NCBI GenBank assembly: GCA_030141605.1
Contig: JAQGDQ010000021.1
Coordinates: 1-64,000 of the forward strand
Length of the DNA: 64,000 nt
DNA from: Tubiluchus corallicola
Lineage: Eukaryota > Animalia > Priapulida
Direction: 5' to 3'
The position numbers were made by a program, and so were the translations under genes. This document shows positions 38,401 through 64,000 of the stretch, in pieces (position 1 is the stretch's first letter; the number at the start of each line of letters is the position of its first letter). The notes beneath the pieces are model-generated. The model was not told the origin of the DNA, did no database searches, and worked only from the letters and a program-made list of their open reading frames with translations.

Positions 38401-41400
38401 CATCCAATTTGTAAGTTGGTAGGTTTAGGGAAAATGAAATTTAGCTGCATTATTTACATTAATATTTGCTGGAATAACTATGACGAATGTTATGTGACAC
38501 AGCCTGCAAGTATTTTGTAAATGAGTGATGTGACGGCAACTTTAAAATGGAACAAAAACTTTGTGATATTACTGCCATAGTGCCTCAGATAGAATTCTGA
38601 ACGATTCAACGGCCTAAATTATAATCAGAAACTCAGAAAGTTGCAACTACACAGATTTACTACAAGAAGAATAGAGGTAGACTCATAGAAATGCTACCAA
38701 GAGGCAGCTTTATAACCGGTACATAGAAATATCGTACATAATATATGAAGACAATCTTACAACGCTGATTGAACAGCCACCCCCTAGCCTGCATCTACGA
38801 GTCTGTCTTCTGCTTGCACATCTGCATTACAGCCTACGTAATTTCGAATATGAGTAAAGCTGGACCGTCACTAAGCTTGCTACTTTTGTAGGTAATTAGC
38901 ACAATTCTGAATGTTTTGACGTATTCAGCTACAGAAAAATAACAACCATAACGATTTTAAAGCCTTAACAGGATGTTTAAGATTTTTTATTATTTTAATC
39001 GAAAATTTTAGTGACAGATTCACTGCCAAGTGTCAATGGACACAAAGAACGCGTCAATCAACACATGGTTTGAATCAGCAACATGGAAAATCTTCAGTAG
39101 ACTTATGCCAAACAAAGCATATATGTGGCTGCCTGCTGCTTTATAATCATTATCATGTTTATGTAATCATGAAAGCGACAGGACTATCGTGCGTTCAGTA
39201 GTCCCTGATAAGTGATAATATTTTAGAAATATGAAATCATCTAACTGTTCTTGAATTACACTATAGTATAGTTCAATGCATTATCCATTATTACTATTAA
39301 CATTTTTTGCATTTGCAGCAGCTGTTAACATTAATTAAAATATTCAGCAATAACAATGGTAAAAAAATTATATTATTCATATGCATCGCTTCATTTCAAT
39401 ATCTATGCGTGTAACAACCAAAGCACACGAATCTCTCAACTATGGAAGAAAGGTGTAGATGGGAAGACACTATCGACATTCTTGTCTTTATTGTTATCCT
39501 ATTTATGGTAGCATGCTGTTTCAGTAACCTGACAAAAAAGTCGACCACGACCATGCACAATACTCTTCCAAGCTTGACATACTCAGCACAAAGCTGTCAA
39601 ACTCGGATTTAACAAAGACAGAAACAATTCACCCCAATCAGAATCAAAATTTACTGGTGTTTGTAAGCTGCTACTATTTATAAATTTCAAGCACAATAAC
39701 ACCACTTTCTAGATTCTGCAAACAATGCATTTCAATTAATTTACTAACTATGATCCAGCAAGTACCTTCACGTCTCCAATTCCAGAGACATGTTAATTGT
39801 ATATAAACAGAAATGGATTATGCAGACACTCAAATATGCATCACAAGAATTTGCTACAGAAAACCGATGTATGCATATTTACATTAAGCCCTTGCACCAT
39901 AGTTCTAATGAGCATTAAAAATGTGATTAAATTATTTTTGGTTATAATTTGATTACTTAGTTCCTGTTGCGAATTGGGAAGCAAAGACACCGACAACTGC
40001 TGTCTACTTGGCAATAAGTAGTGATTAACTTGGATAAATTGATTACACCTAAACTTCACGCTATTTTTTAATTTGTGTATATGTATGTATATGTAAGCAA
40101 AAAAACAAGAATAAAGAAAATCAACAGAAAGAAAAACATAAAAAGTTTGTCATCTAAGGCTATATACAATTTTATTTGAACATGTGACATTTGATTGCAA
40201 AAAATATGTAGAGTAACAATTAAAAGAAGCACAATCATGATAAATTCACAAAGTGATATTGAACAATTGAAAATGTGGGGTCTACTGGGACTACACGCTA
40301 TAAACTCTTTCAACCCTACATTAAATAATAAGGAAATGCAGTAGCAAGCAGGTTTACATTTTCCTTCAAAACGTAATCTTACCACAAGAGAAAAAATGCA
40401 GCTGCCAAAATCATAATTAAGATCCATATAAATTACACGCTTCCTGACACTGAACATAAAGCCTGCCAGAATATTTTTGCAGTTGTGAGTGGTGCCACAA
40501 ATTTCCTGGAGTTTTAAATAAACTCTTCAAATAGTTGTAAAACTTGCAACTGTGAAGACAATGATTTTACATTCGTTTATAAGTGCAATACCAACGAACG
40601 AATTAACTGAACAAGCAGTATACAATTAATTTAAATATATACAATAAGCAGTACAACATTAGTTGTGACAAGTCTTCAATTCTCAAAAATACTGTAGAAA
40701 CATTTTCCAGCAAATTTTACAAATCTTGCAGTACACGCATACTACGATAACTACAGCCTAGAGAGGTTAAGGCTCTACTCATATCATTCACGCTTTAATG
40801 TGCTGTGCAAGCTACACTATGGTGCTTCAAAATCAATCAAGATATTTCAGTCAGCACCAGCCGTATCACCGCCATAAAGGTATGCTATATGCAATCGTGG
40901 CAAACTATTTTGACGAAAAAGCTGCTCTGCCAATTAACTTGATAAAAACTAAGCTGCATTTTATATTCTAAATTCCATAATACCAGCTAATGATAATCAC
41001 TTTACAGGGAACAACAACAACAAATGACTAGTTTTTACAGAGACGAAATGAGCTCAATATAATTTACAATAATCATTAGAATCAGTAATACATTTTAAGC
41101 AAGAATGAGGAAAATACAGATGTAATACAGATCAACCAAATGTGAATTATACCTGTGTTAACTAGGGTATGTTTGCACAATTCCAGCAGTGTTAATTATA
41201 GCTTGTTGTTTAAGCAAGACAGTTTTGAAACTGTTTCAATGTATGTGAACAAGTCAATAGGAAAAAGTGAACAACCAATCTGAGTTGTACACTAAATGTA
41301 CATGCACGTCTAGACCGATTTTTGATTTTTGTTAGGACTTAATGGTACATCCGAAAAACAACAACCATGCATCGATAATGGATTAGAATAAAACAACAAA

Positions 41401-41795
41401 TTCCCAAACACAGAAAAAACATAACCACGATAAAATCTATAGACTTATGTAAATATTAAAGAAACAAATATTATACTGTCATACATGCACATTGTCTATG
41501 AGCCCTTTAAACAGGACTTGTTCTACTGCTGACACTGTGATAACTTTGATAAGTGACTGTATAATGTTAAAGTACCTTACACAAACTGTGTGTGTGTGTA
41601 TACCACGTGCAGAATAAATCTCCAATGCATACTTTATGAGTAACTTCCAACAGGCCTAATTTATATACAAAACACTTTTACATAATAAACAGCAGCTACG
41701 TTCTGCACACGAAAACACTTGCAGGTGAAAGATAAATATCGAACGAAGTCAGATATGAGGGTTTGAATACAAAATTACTAATTTCACAAATAACA

Positions 41796-57579
<15,784 letters not shown>

Positions 57580-58995
57580 CTGAAAAATACAACAAAATTT
57601 ATGTATAATAGTGAAAGAAACTAACAACAAATGTTGCATTTTTAGTGCAGCGTTATTAACTGAGTGAGAAATCGCCACACAGCAACTCAGTCAGGCACTA
57701 TCTTATAAACATCAACTACACGAGTACAGTGTGTATGTCGCTTAAAATGTTACATTTCAATTTTACCAAAACCGATTCACTTATTCAAATAGTACAGAAA
57801 TTAACATATAGAATGGTATTATTTAATGCTTAACAAACATTTACTTTTGGTTTGCGCGTAACGGTATTTCATCTAGTATCTTGGGCAATTTTAATTAATA
57901 CGTCACTCATGTAGACATGATACTACTTGCACGTACAAAAATTTTACCTGCCCAACTGTGCTATATGTATGTGTTGGGTAACATCAAGTAAAAACAGTAC
58001 GTGCTGCATGCAAATTCTAGTATAAATCTTCTGCACGCGCACAAAAATGTAATTTTTTACGCAACCAGCAAAAGAAGATCTTGTGGTGCGAGTAGACTTA
58101 AACCACATATAATATAAACTGTTAACTTCTCCCCAATGTTCTGAGAATACTAAAAATCCATCCAAAATTTTCCTCTAAATCTGATATTCTACAAACATTA
58201 AAATAATATTCAACTTTTCCTGATTTTTTTCAACGAAATATGACGCAGGCAACACAACTAACAGTGGGTCATCCTAAAGTCGTTTAAGTCATCCCAATAT
58301 TGTATTCGCCTTGTTACAGATGAAGAAAGTGAAATGGCAGACATTAGCAGCTGCGGCATCTCACATCGCATTAAACTGGCCGAGTTGTAGGGTGTTCTCC
58401 GAATACCATAAAATACATTTATTCGAATCGAGCGTGTATTACACATTTATGACACCTTTTTATAATAGGAATATGATTGAACGATACATCGTCTTTATTA
58501 TTGCCCAGAGGCTGTTTCTATTGACATGAAATCATGAAAGGCGGCGTGACTATCAATAAAAATACATACAGCACAAACTGCAGCAGAATGCAATCTATTA
58601 TAACCTATTAATGTTCCAATCTGTTCGGAGGCATTGATCAGGTTATATTTATATGATGCTGACAGCGCTGAGTATTACGGCGGCACTCCGTATTAATGGA
58701 GCGGAAACAGCGTTTGTACGTTGTTATTGGTGTGCAAGATTGTTGAATGTGGCACCAGAATCAATAAATTACCGGCAGAATTGATGGAGTGAATGTTGTA
58801 GCAGAAACAGCAAAGCACTGTAGAAAATTTAATGGAAAAATCAAAGTTGTTCCTAAAAACCAGATTCGCAGAATAAATAAGGAAGACATACATTGATATT
58901 AATTATTACTAATTATTTTAAAACTCTGACTTTGAAATTATCACTATTGTCAATTTCTTGAAATTTTGCTAAATACAAGTTGAAGTTCACATAAT

Positions 58996-59362
58996 TCTAA
59001 CGCAACTACAGTCCATAATAACATAGACTATAAAGTACTAATATGCAACTACATATACTGTACATACTTTTCACATAAACACATATTATAGCAAATTTAG
59101 AAAACATACATAACTTCACATTATTTGCACTCACAAACCAAATTTGTAATAAAATTTCTGAAGCAATGTCAAACAAATCTAACGCATTTACAGTCGATAA
59201 CAACATAGAACTATAATGTACTAATGTGCAACTATATATGCTGTACATACTTTTTCATACAAACATATATTGTAGCAAATTTAGAAAGCATACACAACTT
59301 CACATTATTTGCACCTGCATACGTACCAAATTTGCAATAAAATTTCTGAATCAATGCTAAAT
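58996..59362. repeat. Two-copy tandem duplication, period about 182 bp
   Basis: TCTAACGCA(AC/TT)TACAGTC...CTGTACATACTTTT...AATAAAATTTCTGAA starts at both 58996 and 59178. Confidence 0.85.
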
Positions 59363-62300
59363 AACAATTTTAAAATGTTGCAAAAATAATTAGTAACACA
59401 AATAACGAATACACAGAAGTTATATGTAAGGAGTTTCTTCACCAAAAATTTCTATATTTCTATATATATGATTTCTATATAAATGTATATAATGCAAAAA
59501 CAGCAAGATAATTACGTAAATCTGATGCTATATTGACAGATAAAACACCGTAATTGCTGAAAATAAACTTATAACAATTCGTTCATAGTCCATCTGGCTA
59601 TTGAAAACAGGCAATAGTTTTCTGTATAACCATTCGTTTATTATTGATTTGAAAAATTTTGCTAAGACGATTTAGCTAACAAGATTGCCTTTTTCTTTGA
59701 GTTCACTAGCACCATAAATAATAAGAGCTTTCATAATGAAGCTGTCTAAATGCAGTGGTAAATTAAGATTATCGATTAACAATGAACACGTTAGGCTCAG
59801 GACATTCTACTTTGCAGCCTGTCCAGATTAGCAAAATAGAATTGATTAATTTTTGAGTAATCAATACGAATAAGTAATGAGAACCATCGCGCAGTGGGAA
59901 CGTGCATCTAGCATACACGCAATTCGAGGAGGGATTTAAAAACTAGATTATTCTTGAAACCTCAATGGTATTAGAATTCTAGTTGACCAGATCATACCAA
60001 CCAAAATCAATGATGTGATCAGAACTAAAAGTTCAAAACATTCCTGTTAATGCCCGATTTTTAGCGTGAGTTTAGCACTCTTTTTGTACTAGTGTCAAAA
60101 AAAGTATACACCCTGCAAAACTCTTTCCCATCGACAAGGTTTGAAACTCTTGCACAAGCAGTATTGCAAGACTCTTTATACAAATTTGAGAGCATAGGAT
60201 GAAAATGAAATCATGGTAGATTTGAAGATGAGAACGAGTAGTTGAAGGAAGTGTACCCCGCTCCACCAAATCGCACTAGGTAGGTATGTAATACAACCTC
60301 ATATTATTTATGTGAACTAACTCACGATCAGGAATTTCAAGAATGTAATCAGTATATCTTCAAGGCTTATACTGAGGACTAAAAGGAAGAAGAGATTATT
60401 GTTGCAGAGAAGACAATTTTGAAGAGCTGCTAAAATAAACACCGGCATTACTAAAATAAACAAACAAGACCTGCAAGGTCAAATCAAGGTGAGCACAGGA
60501 TTGTTGCCTGGCTTCAATCAATTTCCAAGGAAGCCAGCAAACACCGGTCACTAAGTTAGTGCTCAGCAATAGCTCAACTGCTATATGACAAGTCTACATT
60601 TCAGTTGATAAACTTAACCAGTACTGTCGGTTGATATGACATTGCCTAACATCAGTATGTCATTGGTACTGTAGGTTTGAAAATAATTTTGTATTTTCTA
60701 TTGTTGTGTTGACAGGTTAGTAGTGACAATTTCTGATGCTACAGGGCAAAATTTGAATCATGACTAGATACCTCCTGAGACATTTTACCCATTTTTGTTT
60801 GCATCCATATGTGTAATTAAGTATTCATATGTGTAATTAATGCTTTTGCACATTATGTGGTTTATTGGATAGCTCAAATAAAACTGAAGTTTATGGCAAG
60901 TACGGAAGTTGCAATGTTCTGATAATTCTGTTAATGGAGAAATTTCGGCCTGTCGTAGACATTGTTACGAAGGCTGCACCTGGTCACCCAGTTTTGCGTA
61001 AAAGCTTAATAATACCAAAGATTGCTTGACGTAAAGGCCATTTTGCAAATTAACGCTTCGAAGGTCAAACTTCCAGCCAAAGCGCAAATCTAGGAATAAC
61101 TTCATTCCGGATTCTTCTTAATCGGATCTTGACTCGCTCATTCTCATGGAGTGAATGAATAAAACAAAAAACTGAAAAGCTGCTTATACAGTCATGTAAT
61201 ACTAAATTGCAATTATCCAGTTAAAATTAGATGTATGCTCACTAAAAATAAATCAGGCCTAATTATAATACACAAGATCAAATAAATAAAAAAAATGACA
61301 CAAACTGAAACTACTGTGTTTATTAAGTAAGAGACAAAAAATAGTTACAAGATACAAGTACACCATAAAAACTAAAAACATAAATAAAAAGATAAAGAAC
61401 TGATTTGGGTACAGTGTTTTCCAAAAAATTGAGTTAATGATAGTATAGAACTATTCAAATTTTAACGTATTTATTAATAAGTACTGTTACTAACAAGACA
61501 CAGACCAAAACAAACAAACAATAGTTCTGAGAATTTGTTATTAACAAATGGGAAGGACCATAAATTATGGGCATAAAGCAAAAGCTGGGTACCAAGCAAT
61601 GAAGATCATTATTATCAGTCTGAGGAGATATGCTATGGCTGACGAATGGGATGACTATAGTAGATCAGTGAAAACCAATCAAACCAACCAAGCTAGCACA
61701 GAACAATGATTATGTGTGTCACATTATGAAGGATGATATCAATCGTGATTACAATGTCATTCAAACTCACGTAAACAGCAATTGCATCAAAATCAGTACT
61801 TTTTGAAGAAACTTCAATTCACAAACATACAATCACATTATTCACAGTCACACAATGTACAGTTTGTTAAAACGAAGTAGATGAATATCGTTTAGTTTAA
61901 GGCACAACATACTCAAAGCCACACATGGATGTATTAGTTGAACCACAAACCAAAAGCACACTGCACATCATCCGAGAATCTAGCTTATATTTTACATCTC
62001 TTACATGACCTATATGTTGTCCATGTAATAACAATACTAGTAGGTAGAAGAATTTTGACTGGACAAGCCACGGAATGTAGTGCATTAGGAATCCTAGTCC
62101 ATACAATGGCATGGAGCATCCGGACAACCAATGATTGGAATGTAACCCACAGCAACCAGTCAGCCAACCAGACGCTAGCTTAACCTGTTAATGCACACAC
62201 CGCAAACTTATAATGCACAGCTACACTACAAAACAAAGCAATTCATGGAAATTTGTTATCAATTCTGCTTACAGGAAAGCTCAGCCCACAACTAGTCTAT

Positions 62301-64000
62301 TAAATTAGCTTTAAAGCATCTAAATAATGTAAAATGTGGTGACAATGACTTTTTTACAGAAATACCCCAAACGAAGAAGTATGCCACTCACAATTAATGG
62401 TAGCAAGATTAAAAAATCAGAAATTAAATACATCAATTTAATACTTTATAGGCTACTAAAAAGAGTGAACAAACTGTAAGTAGTAAAATACAAAAATATG
62501 GAAGGAAAACAGGCCCATTTTTAGACGCACACAATTATTTAGGAGAATAAAAATTGCAACACTATGCTTCTGTGAAACTGGAGAAATTTTGAGTTCACAA
62601 TAATAAATTTCAGTTTCCTGCCGGGCTAACGATTTCATGTAGTTATACTAGTGTCACGATTAGCTTGTTGTACAGTTTATCTGTAATTTTGCTAATGAAG
62701 TACAGGACCTACTTTTTGCACAACACTTTTTCAGAAATTCCAGTAAGCAAACGTTGATTTCCAAGTTACGATTTTTAACTATTGTATGGCAGAGAACATG
62801 CAACAGTGAAAAATTAATGAAAAAATTCATTAAAAATTAATGAACTTTCGCAATAAACATTCTTTAACATAATGTATACATAAACTGTAGAAAACTTTTG
62901 AGTTGCGGTCTAAAATTGGAAACTGTTAGTGACCTTTTTCCTTTAAGTTAAATATTACTATATTTATAGAATATAAGCGATAAAGCTTTATTTTAGATGG
63001 TCAAACTGATTTTTTACCATCTAAAATAAAACCGATTTTACTTGCCTCTACAAAACATTTATTTTGCCCACTCTTCGCACATCAAAGTAGCCTAGTTCAA
63101 AAACACATTTATACTTAATATGATCTATTTCTGTCCAGTTTGATCGCAAATTTAACGATTTTGTTTCAAAGAATAATGAATGTTTTGCAATGATATTTTT
63201 AGCTACTTCCCGCTCATTGCCTGATTGGTCAAGAAACTCAGGTCAAGGTATCGCTTCGCTGTTTGGCATTAGTATCAAATGCCCACTGAAATATGTTTAA
63301 TAAAGGACAGGCGTCTATGGATAAAGAAGCCACTGTAACAGGTAATCACACAAAATATGGGTCCTGAAAACCATGCCAACCAGTTTGTGTGGGCTGTCTA
63401 AGCAGCAGCAAAACAGCGTTTGGTTGCTTGTTTTAAACTCTATAAAACAAGCTCTATAAAACTCAGTCAGGTGCAATACAATAAATATGAGTTTAAATCA
63501 ACAACAGAAACGTTTTTTTAAAAAAAGGCAAAATTCGTCAAGTTCTTGCAGAACTTTGCTAAGATTCACTCGTTCTGGCTAATCCCAGTGCGGGTGTTTG
63601 TGTATGTGGAATTTCGTGGATCTGTTTCAGAGAAAACATTCTGGCGTAAAAAGTAATGTAACCCTATCTTAAACTAACCTACCCGTTTCATTTGAAACGA
63701 ACTAAAGTCTGCGTCCCAATTTTTTGTAGTAATAAACAAAGTACAGTTATTTTCATTGGTTTGGAACAAACCGTTTTTATCAAAGCTAGAGGATTAAAAG
63801 CGCAAGGCAAAGGCTCAACTTGATAAAGCAGGCAAGTTGTGTTAGACGCCACAAGTACAGCAGCAGTACACAGAAGTTTTAGCTATTCACAATCTCAAAT
63901 ACACAACTCCAAGCAAGTATTGTCCAGCCAGGTACAACGAAGCGATCAAAACAATCAGACACATATTCACAAGAAATATTCACACACATCAATCTTATAA

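Overview
AT-rich, intron-rich invertebrate (probably lophotrochozoan-like) nuclear DNA. I reconstructed four spliced genes by hand from GT-AG junctions and reading frame. They are GINS3/PSF3 (+, 3 coding exons), a 20-exon PARP2-like gene with two N-terminal WWE-like domains (-), a TTC9/TTC9C-like TPR gene (-), and the 3' part of a PKA catalytic subunit (-, 5' exons outside the window). Most ORFs in the supplied track are spurious. Main unusual signals: (1) a near-perfect 1406-bp inverted repeat whose 916-bp spacer holds the predicted PARP2 promoter and first coding exon, with the repeat starting exactly at the exon-1 GT donor; (2) PKA-C has a mutually exclusive duplicated hinge/alphaD exon and a second, divergent C-terminal-tail exon; (3) an inverted pair of Penelope-type minimal hammerhead-ribozyme motifs lies in a PARP2 intron. 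Introns also hold non-autonomous Helitrons, MITEs, CR1/L2-like LINE relics and simple repeats. All gene models are read by eye and have no expression support.
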